A DNA stretch of 64,000 bases from an uncultured virus (IMG/VR IMGVR_UViG_3300028591_000111) (taxonomy: Duplodnaviria; Heunggongvirae; Uroviricota; Caudoviricetes). Shown here one piece after another: positions 9,809 through 18,696 of the stretch. Positions within the stretch are counted from its first letter, which is position 1. Each line of letters opens with the position of its first letter. The stretch lies in the IMG/VR virus record IMGVR_UViG_3300028591_000111, one strand, 5' to 3'. The position numbers were made by a program, and so were the translations under genes. The notes beneath the pieces were generated by a model, which was not told the origin of the DNA, searched no databases, and worked only from the letters and a program-made list of their open reading frames with translations.

Positions 9809-10180
9809 TTATCCCTTTAAGCCTTTTACCTCGTAGAGAATGTCAGACGGGCATTCGTCAAGCTTTTTGAGCTTAAAAATGCTTTTCCAAAATTTGAGTG
9901 CAGGCTTGTTTGATTTTATTATGTGTAGGCGAGTTATTTTTCCACCATTCTTAACATAATCAATCACAGCTTTTCTGGCAATACCTTTACGGCGATATTC
10001 TGGTTTGACATAGATTCCCTCAACATAATACTTGTCTATTATCATCAGGAAACCAACAACATCATCGCCATCTTTGATTTCAACAAAGTCATCGCCAGCC
10101 CATTCTTTTAACAACGGGAAACAGTAGGTGTCTATCTCTTTTCTGAAATCCAAATACATTTGCAGTGCGTTGTCCATCAT
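9809..10180 (-). CDS. GNAT-family N-acetyltransferase
   Basis: IYVKPEYRRKGIA acetyl-CoA motif A; N.PALKFW motif B. Confidence 0.85.
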   Translation of the reverse strand: MMDNALQMYLDFRKEIDTYCFPLLKEWAGDDFVEIKDGDDVVGFLMIIDKYYVEGIYVKPEYRRKGIARKAVIDYVKNGGKITRLHIIKSNKPALKFWKSIFKLKKLDECPSDILYEVKGLKG

Positions 10181-10599
10181 TCGTTATCCTTGCCGATCAT
10201 ATCATCTAGTTCGATGATGCGTTTATCCAGTTTTCTTTTCAGAATATCCAATTCATCTAATCCAACAAGATCTCGGTATTCTTTGCCGCAGCAAATTCCA
10301 TCTGTAAGAAGAATAGAGAACAAATTACTGACATGAGATACGGCGGCACTGATTGCTGTCAGGGACATTTCCTCATCCAGAACGTCGTCATCTTCGATAT
10401 AAGACCATCTCTTTATTTCTTCTGGCTCGATAAACAACGCTTGGTTTTCTTGAAAAAAGAATTGTTGTTTGGATTTACGCCAAATAGCAATGTGATACTG
10501 TTCCTGTATATCGGCATCGTTTGGTTCTTCTTTAAAAGACCTATGTACAACACAAACAGTATCTTTATCTGTGTTTGGATTACCTGTATGCCATCTCAT
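10177..10599 (-). CDS. DUF551-like 'MRWH' protein with C-terminal extension
   Basis: MRWH...P...IKRWSYI. Confidence 0.7.
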   Translation of the reverse strand: MRWHTGNPNTDKDTVCVVHRSFKEEPNDADIQEQYHIAIWRKSKQQFFFQENQALFIEPEEIKRWSYIEDDDVLDEEMSLTAISAAVSHVSNLFSILLTDGICCGKEYRDLVGLDELDILKRKLDKRIIELDDMIGKDNE

Positions 10600-10850
10600 T
10601 GTTTATTCTCCCAAGATTTAGGCGGAACTTTCAAAGAATGTGTCGCATAATATAGGTTGCTACCATCATTATATGTTCCATACCAGTAATCACAGGAATC
10701 AAATTCCTCTTTTGTGAAGTCTGAATAGTCTGGTAATTCGTAATCTAAGTGCGATAGCATACATCCATCACAGCAATATATTTCATCGTCATAGACGCAC
10801 GCCTCATCGCTTCCGTACTCAATCTTTTTTCCGCAGTTATTACACAGCAT
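10596..10850 (-). CDS. zinc-finger protein
   Basis: CNNC...YCCDGC. Confidence 0.7.
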   Translation of the reverse strand: MLCNNCGKKIEYGSDEACVYDDEIYCCDGCMLSHLDYELPDYSDFTKEEFDSCDYWYGTYNDGSNLYYATHSLKVPPKSWENKQ

Positions 10851-10862
10851 TTTACAGTCTCC

Positions 10863-11084
10863 TTAGTCGATTTCCGTCCAACGAAAGATGTTTTCTGATT
10901 TTAATCCCATGATTCCTTTTGGATCTGATTGCTTAGAAAAATAATGATTATTAGAATGATACCACATTATTTCGTAGTAAAATTCTTCTAAACATTCTTC
11001 GCCTGTATTGATATGTTCAACAATCTCTACCAAGCAAAGCGTTTTGTCTTTAGTCGGCATTTCTGGTGGTTTATGCCAATTCAT
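10863..11084 (-). CDS. DUF551-like protein
   Basis: MNWHKPPEMP...IFRWTEI. Confidence 0.7.
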   Translation of the reverse strand: MNWHKPPEMPTKDKTLCLVEIVEHINTGEECLEEFYYEIMWYHSNNHYFSKQSDPKGIMGLKSENIFRWTEID

Positions 11085-11518
11085 TGTTTGTTCTCCTTGT
11101 TAAGAATGGTGTACAATTTTTTCAACAGCTCATACAAAGGCTGCATATCTGGATCATTGTCGTAATGACCATCATTATAAAATTTCAAACATAACTTACA
11201 AAGTTCTTTTGGATCGTCTGGCAAGGTTTGTTCTGAATATAACTTTTGATATTCTTTGTCTGATAAACATTCTTTAATACAATTTTCGCAATAAGCAAAT
11301 TTTATATTCCCATGTTTTTTATCAATAAGGGTTTGACTCAAATATGTTTCATTATTGCAAATTGGTTTCAAACAACTATCGCAGCTAATCGGAAATTTAT
11401 TATTGTTTTTCACAAGTTTGTTTTTTCTATTTAACTTAGCGATATATTCCACGTTTGCTTGTTCTATATAGTTTATGTTTATAGGCATAACAGCTCCACT
11501 AGCAAGAACTGACAACAA
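11081..11518 (-). CDS. zinc-finger protein
   Basis: CDSC...YCENC. Confidence 0.65.
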   Translation of the reverse strand: MLSVLASGAVMPININYIEQANVEYIAKLNRKNKLVKNNNKFPISCDSCLKPICNNETYLSQTLIDKKHGNIKFAYCENCIKECLSDKEYQKLYSEQTLPDDPKELCKLCLKFYNDGHYDNDPDMQPLYELLKKLYTILNKENKQ

Positions 11519-11681
11519 GGCATGAGTTATCTATGATTCTTATGTCATCATCGGATAAATCAAATGAATGAATCTCATAAGGATCATCAAAGCGCCACCT
11601 GTATTCTACAACGATTTTTAGATCAGGATCAAGCCTCCCTAATAATTCTTCAAGTTCTCGTACTTTCATGTGATTCTCCAT
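11499..11681 (-). CDS. MKV(K/R)EL-family protein
   Basis: MKVRELEELLGRLDPD. Confidence 0.7.
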   Translation of the reverse strand: MENHMKVRELEELLGRLDPDLKIVVEYRWRFDDPYEIHSFDLSDDDIRIIDNSCLVVSSC

Positions 11682-11850
11682 TGCCTATAATTCTTAATAA
11701 AGAATCGGCGTATTCTTTGAGCATAGATCCGCACTCTATTCTGTCCATTATATATAACATATTCAAGACATCCAGTAATGCTTTAGCTAGAACTTTAGTG
11801 TCGTCAACGTTTTGCTCTATCATGTCTTCATAATACTGATGTGTTGCCAT
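11650..11850 (-). CDS. hypothetical protein
   Basis: ORF in array. Confidence 0.55.
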   Translation of the reverse strand: MATHQYYEDMIEQNVDDTKVLAKALLDVLNMLYIMDRIECGSMLKEYADSLLRIIGNGESHESTRT

Positions 11851-11853
11851 AAA

Positions 11854-12142
11854 TCATACACCTGTTGTGAAGTCTGTCCACAAAGAAGCTAAATGAGTGT
11901 AACATGCTTCTCTGCCATTGTTATCTGTTGAAGTATTTTTAACACGAATGACCATATCATCAAAATCGCCACAATCAAAAAAAATCTTTGTATGACAGAA
12001 CGCGCTCTAAGAAATGTATTTTACCATTCTCTCGAAACTGCAAATCAGAAAACGATTTATCTTTTTGCATTTTATTGCACACTGACCGAGCATAACAAAG
12101 ATTAGCTAATTGCATTTTGAGATATTGGATGAACGCTTTCAT
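11854..12142 (-). pseudogene. frameshifted paralog of 12252..12575
   Basis: MKAFIQYLK... start and ...YTHLASLWTDF end match MKAFNSYLE.../YSYIASLWSQF; two frameshifts, one in an 8-nt homopolymer. Confidence 0.7.
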
Positions 12143-12145
12143 ATC

Positions 12146-12241
12146 TTATTCCTGCATCTTAGGGAAATATACACGATAGCGGTAGTGGCCTGAATCTATG
12201 TCAGGATCATTCCTCCTCATAATGATCTTTAAATATATCAT
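12146..12241 (-). pseudogene. remnant duplicating the 3' end of 12607..12969
   Basis: DSGHYRYRVYFPKMQE* vs DSGHYRYRVYFPRNQE*. Confidence 0.7.
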
Positions 12242-12251
12242 TAACAAATAT

Positions 12252-12575
12252 TTAAAGATTATTTCCTGCATTAAATTGCGACCACAGAGAAGCTATATAG
12301 GAATATACATAGCCTAAACTAATATTATTGTCTGCTACAAACTTATCAATAGTTGTTGAATTAAGATATTGTGACAACTCTCTAAAAGTATTACATTTTA
12401 AAAATGTAGAGTCAGATAAAACAAAATTACAAATTAAAATATTGATCTCTTCTTCTCTTTTTTGTCTATTTGAGATAGACGAATACATCCCGATCTTTTC
12501 ACCTTCTTCCCTACCAAATTTAGAGTTTTTAAGATCTACCAACTTACCTTCCAAATAAGAATTAAACGCTTTCAT
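12252..12575 (-). CDS. hypothetical protein
   Basis: ORF; has a degenerate tandem copy. Confidence 0.65.
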   Translation of the reverse strand: MKAFNSYLEGKLVDLKNSKFGREEGEKIGMYSSISNRQKREEEINILICNFVLSDSTFLKCNTFRELSQYLNSTTIDKFVADNNISLGYVYSYIASLWSQFNAGNNL

Positions 12576-12606
12576 AATATTCTACAACTCCTCTATTGTA
12601 TCTTTT

Positions 12607-12969
12607 TTATTCCTGATTTCTAGGGAAATAAACTCTATAACGATAGTGTCCTGAATCTACGACATATTCAGAACCTTGCACTTCATACTCACCAACACGT
12701 TTAGCTTGTTTGCAAATCCAAATAAGAGCTTGACGCCATGAACTAAATCCTGTTTCATCCACCTTGTTATGTTCTGACACTGTTATCACACCTTTATGTA
12801 ATGTTGTCGAAAACCTGTCAAATCGAACATAAGGAAAATCTTTGAATTGAAACCAACTGGATTTCCGTGATGCTTTTATCAATTCGTGCATAGCCGATAA
12901 CTTAAACATAACTGGCAATTCACTATTGAGGACACGTCTCATTTGTTTCTTTAAAACACGTCTTTTCAT
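12607..12969 (-). CDS. basic hypothetical protein
   Basis: ORF with GGAG SD. Confidence 0.7.
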   Translation of the reverse strand: MKRRVLKKQMRRVLNSELPVMFKLSAMHELIKASRKSSWFQFKDFPYVRFDRFSTTLHKGVITVSEHNKVDETGFSSWRQALIWICKQAKRVGEYEVQGSEYVVDSGHYRYRVYFPRNQE

Positions 12970-12981
12970 AGTATATTCTCC

Positions 12982-13485
12982 TTAATCCCAAGGTTGATTA
13001 TATTCTTCACCATAATTTTTATAATATTTATTAAACCCATCTTCAAATGTTATTCTTGCGTTACCATTATAATCAGTTTGACTGTCTTTGATACACTCTA
13101 ATGCTTTTCCATAAGTTAATATTTTCATTATAGCATATCCAAAAATATTTTCTGTTTCATTTTTTCTTCCATATATAGTTAAAACACATTTATCAGATTC
13201 TTCTCTCTGTGTAACTTTACTAATTATTTCATGTGCTAGGGAATAATATCGCTTTGTTTCTTCTTCACAGGTTGCAACATGATATGTTGGCCAGTCACCA
13301 TGATCATCTGCCAACATTAATTCATGTTTATTAAGAGCATCTAATGTAAATAATTCATATTTTGGTAAAATATTTTTATTATCATTCACAAACTTACGAA
13401 TGCTCATATCATCTAAATCATTCAATGCTGTATGAGCATCTTTATTACAATCGTTAGCCTTTTTAATGAGTTCTTCTGCAATCAT
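12982..13485 (-). CDS. hypothetical protein
   Basis: ORF with GGAG SD. Confidence 0.7.
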   Translation of the reverse strand: MIAEELIKKANDCNKDAHTALNDLDDMSIRKFVNDNKNILPKYELFTLDALNKHELMLADDHGDWPTYHVATCEEETKRYYSLAHEIISKVTQREESDKCVLTIYGRKNETENIFGYAIMKILTYGKALECIKDSQTDYNGNARITFEDGFNKYYKNYGEEYNQPWD

Positions 13486-13594
13486 TGTTTGTTCTCCTTA
13501 TTCTCCAAATGGTTTATATTTCTCACAGAAGTATAATTCTATGTAGTTGTCATGGGTGCTAATATCAGATTCTTCTAAATCTTCTTCAACAACA

Positions 13595-13760
13595 TCACAA
13601 TCCCATTCATATTTGTGAACTACCAACCCGCCTTGCGTGCGCTTTCGCATCGCGCATTAAAACGGGTTGGCTTCGGATGCAAGCATATCTCCATTTACAA
13701 GACTATTCTCATAAACGTGACACACAGTAAGTCCGCTATTCTCCACGTCCCGTAGATTCA
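13595..13760 (-). ncRNA. putative omega/reRNA of TnpB 1 (scaffold overlapping tnpB 3' end; guide = right flank AAATATGAATGGGATTGTGA)
   Basis: Motifs shared with element 2 (CGG.ACG..G.G.ATAGC...CTTACTGT...CTTGCA...GAAGCCA...TGGTAGTTCAC); position follows known TnpB biology; boundaries approximate. Confidence 0.7.
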
Positions 13761-14847
13761 ATACTCTTAATCCTTCTTTGAGGATATTTCTTGAGGCATT
13801 CAAGTCTCGATCATGCACTTCGCCACATTCTGGACAAATCCATTCTCGCACTTTTAAGCCTCGTAAGCCTTTAATAGACTCATTCTTATACCCACATCCA
13901 CTGCATAGCTGTGTACTTGGGTGAAAACGATCTATCTTGATTGTTTTTCGTCCATACCATTCTGCCTTGTATTCAAGCATAGAAACAAACTTACTAAAAC
14001 TAGCATCCGTAACCGATTTAGCTAGCTTTTTGTTTCGTTCCATACCTTTGACAGAAAGATCTTCCAAACAAAGCACTTGGTTTTCGTGAATAAGTTTGGT
14101 GGACAACTTCTGCAAAAAATCATTACGTTGATTCTTTATTTTCTGATAATACTTAGCAATTTTAATTCTAGCTTTTTCATGCCCTTTAGAACCTTTTTGT
14201 GTTCGAGAAAAAGCCCTCTGTTTTTTCGCTAATCTCTGTTCAGACTTACGAAAGTGTTTTGGCGCTTCTATTCTTGCCCCATCTGAACAAACAATAATGT
14301 CGTGCAATCCTAGGTCTATTCCCACAACTTTTTTAGTAGTGGGTAATACTTGATATTCCTCTATCTCACACAAAATAGATGCGTAATACTCGCCACTACG
14401 ATCTTTGCTTATTGTTGCTGTTAGTATCCTACCTTCAATTTCTCTGTGTTGAACAACTTTAACAGCACCAACCTTGGGTAATTGAAGTCTATTCCTTTTG
14501 AAATGGACTGCATTGTTGTTATTATCAGTGGTATAACTCCACCTGCATTTATGTTTCGATTTGAACTTTGGAAATCCTGCACTTGGCTCTTTGAAAAACT
14601 TGTCGTATGCTTCATTCAGATGTGCTTGTGCATTCTTCAAAGCACGACTGTCTGCTTTCTTCAAAAAATCATGCTCATCTTTGAGAGCTGAGTAGGTCTT
14701 TTTGGACTTCTGCTTTGTTTCTTTATAAACCTTGATCCTGTCGTCCAGTAGTTGGTTATAGACAAATCTTGCACAACCGATATTCTGGTTGATTTTCTCT
14801 GCTTGAGATGCAGTTGGATATAGTCTGTACTTGAATGCTTTATACAT
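13657..14847 (-). CDS. tnpB: RNA-guided endonuclease TnpB
   Basis: KAFKYRLYPT HTH; RuvC GIDLG / LEDL / DRDLNAS; CSGC-CPEC zinc ribbon. Confidence 0.95.
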   Translation of the reverse strand: MYKAFKYRLYPTASQAEKINQNIGCARFVYNQLLDDRIKVYKETKQKSKKTYSALKDEHDFLKKADSRALKNAQAHLNEAYDKFFKEPSAGFPKFKSKHKCRWSYTTDNNNNAVHFKRNRLQLPKVGAVKVVQHREIEGRILTATISKDRSGEYYASILCEIEEYQVLPTTKKVVGIDLGLHDIIVCSDGARIEAPKHFRKSEQRLAKKQRAFSRTQKGSKGHEKARIKIAKYYQKIKNQRNDFLQKLSTKLIHENQVLCLEDLSVKGMERNKKLAKSVTDASFSKFVSMLEYKAEWYGRKTIKIDRFHPSTQLCSGCGYKNESIKGLRGLKVREWICPECGEVHDRDLNASRNILKEGLRVLNLRDVENSGLTVCHVYENSLVNGDMLASEANPF

Positions 14848-14892
14848 GGTATTTAGCCTTGAATACTAGCCTAAATTGTCTCTTAGAGAGTG

Positions 14893-14945
14893 TGTGTGGC
14901 GGACGTTAGGCTGTACGTCTTTTCGGGAGCTACCCTAGCCACACA
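14893..14945 (-). promoter_or_regulatory. structured 5' leader (three-way junction) of tnpB 1
   Basis: TGTGTGGC/GCCACACA outer stem, GGG-TAGCT-CCC, GACGT-ACAGCCTA-ACGTC. Confidence 0.65.
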
Positions 14946-14951
14946 AGTGTA

Positions 14952-14981
14952 TAGATAGCATGGATTTGTTTTTTATTTCAA
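14952..14981 (-). promoter_or_regulatory. promoter of tnpB 1: TTGAAA-N18-TATCTA
   Basis: Same CTATCTA motif as upstream of structural genes. Confidence 0.6.
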
Positions 14982-15166
14982 GTGTTATTTATGTTTTATC
15001 TAAAAATAAATTATATTGCTCGCCTTACCCACGGGCTTCGTTAGACGTTAAAGCCTAGTGTGCTTGCGTCTCGCTTTTTTGTCAATACCAGCATACACTG
15101 TCCCAGAAAGTTTAACATCCATTTCTGGATTATACCTACTTAGAATCTCAATCAACTCTTTTATTT

Positions 15167-15436
15167 TCATTGCTTAATTTCCTTTTCATTTCCTTTATCC
15201 TTATACCAATCCCGCTTGTAATAGTCTATTTTATCCTCATCTTCGTCATCTAAATAACCAGAGATAATAAAATCACCTGTATCCTCATCTACACAATAAT
15301 ATTTATCATCCAGTTCTACTAATTTAGGGTTAAAGCAATGCTCATATTGTATATATTCTTCATGCCAAGCCTCAAGTAACACCTCACTATCTGGGTCAAG
15401 TGTTTTTAGAATATTCATCAATTCCTGTACCTTCAT
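15167..15436 (-). CDS. MKV(K/R)EL-family protein
   Basis: MKVQELMNILKTLDPD. Confidence 0.72.
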   Translation of the reverse strand: MKVQELMNILKTLDPDSEVLLEAWHEEYIQYEHCFNPKLVELDDKYYCVDEDTGDFIISGYLDDEDEDKIDYYKRDWYKDKGNEKEIKQ

Positions 15437-15683
15437 TTCCTAAATCCCTTAATGCTCTGAACAAATCATCTAACTGATGGTAAGAGTCTCTAACACTTTC
15501 CACCGCCCTCAAATATCTCTTAGACATCTTCAAGAAATTATCAAGATATTCAATATCACCAGTTTCGTGATATTTTCCTAAATTATATTCCATGCTAGGA
15601 ACGGCATTCACAAAGTAACTTAAACCAGATCTACCAGTGAGTAATGCTTCACCGATAGTGTTCATAACGTATTCTTTATTCAT
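15396..15683 (-). CDS. hypothetical protein
   Basis: ORF in array. Confidence 0.65.
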   Translation of the reverse strand: MNKEYVMNTIGEALLTGRSGLSYFVNAVPSMEYNLGKYHETGDIEYLDNFLKMSKRYLRAVESVRDSYHQLDDLFRALRDLGNEGTGIDEYSKNT

Positions 15684-16267
15684 TATTCCTTCTCCTTGTT
15701 CCTATCATACTTGTTTGTTACTTCATACTCATATGAATATGAAACATTCTCTCGTATCTCTACCACACGGGTTTCACAGTTGTTTTGGTTTCTATAATGC
15801 CGCGCCTTTTTATTGGCTGTACATATATTTCCACGACTAAACAAAACGTCACTCCAATGACAATCTTTAAAAGCCTGTATTACATAATATCTGTTTGTAA
15901 ATGGTTTTGATTCTCTGTTAGATGTGACATTAAGTGTTTTCCTATTCTCAACAGTATTTTTGAATGGCTGGATGATTTTAGAAATAGCATCTTCATCCGC
16001 ACATAGAAACTGAGAACTCAAAAGATAATTCCCTGATGATTTTTCGTCACCAATTTCTATATAATAATCGAAAAAGTTTGGTTCTTTTCGCCAAGTACAT
16101 CCATAATAAAATATTATCCTAAATTCAGACTTATTCGTTTTCCATGTGAACTCATTTGCAAACTCACCACCCGTCATATCCTCTGGCTGGAAACCAAGAC
16201 AGTGTGTGATGAAATTCCTTATTTGCTCTTTTATAAAATCAAAATTATCTTCCATGATCGACCCCAT
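15683..16267 (-). CDS. hypothetical protein
   Basis: ORF in array. Confidence 0.7.
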   Translation of the reverse strand: MGSIMEDNFDFIKEQIRNFITHCLGFQPEDMTGGEFANEFTWKTNKSEFRIIFYYGCTWRKEPNFFDYYIEIGDEKSSGNYLLSSQFLCADEDAISKIIQPFKNTVENRKTLNVTSNRESKPFTNRYYVIQAFKDCHWSDVLFSRGNICTANKKARHYRNQNNCETRVVEIRENVSYSYEYEVTNKYDRNKEKE

Positions 16268-16550
16268 AAACAGGATGGTGTACTTCTTTTTGAGATGCTG
16301 AGAACAAATTCCTTAATTTTTCTTTATCCTCAAAATCAGAATATATTTCAGAAAATGAACACCACGCTTTTACCTGATCTTCTTTGAGATATTCATCATA
16401 ACCTCTTTCTGCACTTTTAACAATAAATGCTCTCGTCACACTTCTGTATTCCAAAGAATAGACATACTCAAATCCTCTCCAACAGATAATTCCAACAACA
16501 AGCTCACAGTCTTTCGGTAACATCCCATCTTTAATATAGTTCCATTTCAT
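16245..16550 (-). CDS. DUF551-like protein
   Basis: MKWNYIKDGMLP...VKAWC. Confidence 0.7.
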   Translation of the reverse strand: MKWNYIKDGMLPKDCELVVGIICWRGFEYVYSLEYRSVTRAFIVKSAERGYDEYLKEDQVKAWCSFSEIYSDFEDKEKLRNLFSASQKEVHHPVYGVDHGR

Positions 16551-16567
16551 GGTTTAGTCCTTATATT

Positions 16568-16972
16568 CTACTTATATGATATAACTGTCCAACAAATATC
16601 CTCTGGAGTTACGACTGTTTCTTTACCATCATATTCCTCAATGTTATACATATCTCCATCTATTTCTTCAATAGCTAAACTAGAGAACGTACCATTAACA
16701 TCTTTACCTAGAGCTTCTACAACGGCAACCAGATCTGGATCATGCCTTTTTAAGAAACTTCTAACAGCATCCATTATGTAGAACTTTCTGGTACTATTTG
16801 CTGTTCCGCGCACTTTAGAAACATAATCCATTATTTTCGCATTAGCTTCTATTCTCTTTTGAGCTATAAATTTCTTAGTTCTTTCAGAACCATGTTCTTC
16901 TAGCCAGTTAATAGCTTTGTCTGAAAGAGCATATCCACCGAAATCATTATTATATACAACCTTGTGTTTCAT
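16568..16972 (-). CDS. conserved phage hypothetical protein
   Basis: KVVYN..FGG..LS...RHDP.LV.VVE.LG...IEEYDGKE pattern. Confidence 0.78.
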   Translation of the reverse strand: MKHKVVYNNDFGGYALSDKAINWLEEHGSERTKKFIAQKRIEANAKIMDYVSKVRGTANSTRKFYIMDAVRSFLKRHDPDLVAVVEALGKDVNGTFSSLAIEEIDGDMYNIEEYDGKETVVTPEDICWTVISYK

Positions 16973-16987
16973 AAAACCTCCTTTACA

Positions 16988-17710
16988 TCATATAACCTTA
17001 AACAGATAATCTGCTTCAGCCGTAATTCCTATGATTTCACCATTGCTGTCCCTTTGATAATTGCGGCAATGCACACTTATGTCAAAGCCTCGTTTAAGTC
17101 TTACTTGTGTAATATATCTGCATACTTGACGCATTGATTTGTTGTGTAAAAATTGGTCACAATACCCATCGCCATCATCCAAATGCTTATAGTATTTGCA
17201 ACCTAAGTGTCTCTGGAAAATTGTTTTGCTGAAATAGTCGAACCAAAGCCAGTATTTATAAAAATCTTTTCTATTGGAATAAACATCTATCCAAATTTGT
17301 TCCCACTGTTCTCTTTTAATATGCCGCAACGTCTTATTGCATGAGCTTTCTATAAGTTTTACTTTACAACCAGAACGGTCTATCTGATAAGTGTCATATT
17401 CTGATTTATGCTGTCTTATGAGGTCAAAGTCATCATATTGCTCTTTAAATCTAGCAATGACATTTGGCATCTCTTTAAAGTCGGTATCGGATAAATGCTG
17501 AATAATAAAGACATCTGCCTCTGTACTAAAGTTGGAAATCGGATGTTCTTCACCATCCTTAAACTTGTCTGGTGTTATATCATCATACAAACCGCATGAC
17601 AGGTAATACTTATGCTTTTTAAAGAACTCTGGATTATACTTATCGCAGAATTGTTCTAAATATTTATATTCGTTGTAATTAGTGAGGTATATTTTATCTA
17701 TTCCTGCCAT
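16988..17710 (-). CDS. hypothetical protein
   Basis: 240-aa ORF with SD. Confidence 0.75.
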   Translation of the reverse strand: MAGIDKIYLTNYNEYKYLEQFCDKYNPEFFKKHKYYLSCGLYDDITPDKFKDGEEHPISNFSTEADVFIIQHLSDTDFKEMPNVIARFKEQYDDFDLIRQHKSEYDTYQIDRSGCKVKLIESSCNKTLRHIKREQWEQIWIDVYSNRKDFYKYWLWFDYFSKTIFQRHLGCKYYKHLDDGDGYCDQFLHNKSMRQVCRYITQVRLKRGFDISVHCRNYQRDSNGEIIGITAEADYLFKVI

Positions 17711-17731
17711 GACTTATTCTCCTAGTTAGGT

Positions 17732-18289
17732 TTATACCAATATATAATTACAGATGGATAAATATTTTGGCGGTATTACATCACTTAACCACACAGTATC
17801 ATTTCCTATATAAAAATGAATACCATCTCGCATAGCTTCTAAGGTATCCACAGATAAAATAACAGGATTAGTATCCCTCCTTTTACCAACAATAATTGCA
17901 GTTTCCTTATCTGTAGACAGGTGTACATAATGACGTTCCATAGGTAGTAATCCTTGTTCCATTATGGAAGTAACACTCTTATGTGACGTACCATGATATA
18001 AAACATTAGGTGGATTCCCTATCATTTTATCAATAGAAATTGAATGCCCGTATAATGCTCTTATTTTATTATCACAGATTTCCCATCTCTTCTTATCAGA
18101 ACATTCCATAATAGTCCTGATATCTTCTAGTGATATTTCTCTATTCTGTTCTCCATTTCTGTTAATCCCGCTAATTAACTGTTCTATTGGGACATTGCCA
18201 TTATCGTCCATATCAAGATCATAAAGATAAGGATTATGACGTAAGGCATACGATATTTCTTTACTTATGTTGACAAGTTCTTTGTTCAT
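17732..18289 (-). CDS. kptA: RNA 2'-phosphotransferase (Tpt1/KptA family)
   Basis: SYALRH, DKKRW, IRALYGHS, LYHGT, RHYVHLS, VWL...IPP motifs. Confidence 0.92.
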   Translation of the reverse strand: MNKELVNISKEISYALRHNPYLYDLDMDDNGNVPIEQLISGINRNGEQNREISLEDIRTIMECSDKKRWEICDNKIRALYGHSISIDKMIGNPPNVLYHGTSHKSVTSIMEQGLLPMERHYVHLSTDKETAIIVGKRRDTNPVILSVDTLEAMRDGIHFYIGNDTVWLSDVIPPKYLSICNYILV

Positions 18290-18308
18290 ATTAATTTTCC
18301 TCTAAGAA

Positions 18309-18683
18309 CTATATACAGCCGCCACAACAACCGTTCTCTACATTCTCATTTACACAATCTCTTAATTCTTGTTTCTGCCTATCTGATAAAACAAACCGAA
18401 CACCATTCTCATACTTCAAATAGTCAGCATCTATATCCCATTCTCCAGATTCTACATCATAATCCTCAGTTTCTTCATTATAATGGCATGACCCACCAGA
18501 AATCATACCAAAGCCATAAACTTTAATTATAGAATCATCTTCCAGTATTGATCTTCTGTTTTTCTCATTCCAAAAGTGATCCATATATGGACAAAAAGCA
18601 TGTTTAATGTTGTCCATGCTAACAAGCAATAAACCACTACACAGATTCGGGTACTCGCCATCGTATGATATGAACTCTACCAT
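18309..18683 (-). CDS. conserved phage hypothetical protein
   Basis: YDG.YPNLCSG...GCCGGCI. Confidence 0.75.
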   Translation of the reverse strand: MVEFISYDGEYPNLCSGLLLVSMDNIKHAFCPYMDHFWNEKNRRSILEDDSIIKVYGFGMISGGSCHYNEETEDYDVESGEWDIDADYLKYENGVRFVLSDRQKQELRDCVNENVENGCCGGCI

Positions 18684-18696
18684 TAATTTTATTCTC

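Larger units (their letters stand above)
13615..15080 (-). mobile_element. non-autonomous IS200/IS605-family (tnpB-only, IS1341-like) element 1
   Basis: Inserted 3' of TTGAC (15085-15081); LE hairpin ...GGCTT/AAGCCCGTGGG; RE hairpin CCAACCCG/CGGGTTGG ending TAGTTCAC; no tnpA. Confidence 0.88.
13498..15170 (-). pseudogene. MKV(K/R)EL-family gene (68 aa when rejoined) interrupted by tnpB element
   Basis: 15170-15081 MKIKELIEILSRYNPEMDVKLSGTVYAGID joins in frame to 13614-13498 KYEWDCDVVEEDLEESDISTHDNYIELYFCEKYKPFGE*. Confidence 0.85.

Noticed and set aside
13615..15080. IStron (group I intron plus tnpB) that would splice out and restore the split gene
   Set aside because: The left end is only ~230 nt with no recognisable group I core, and the element ends in C rather than the required terminal G.
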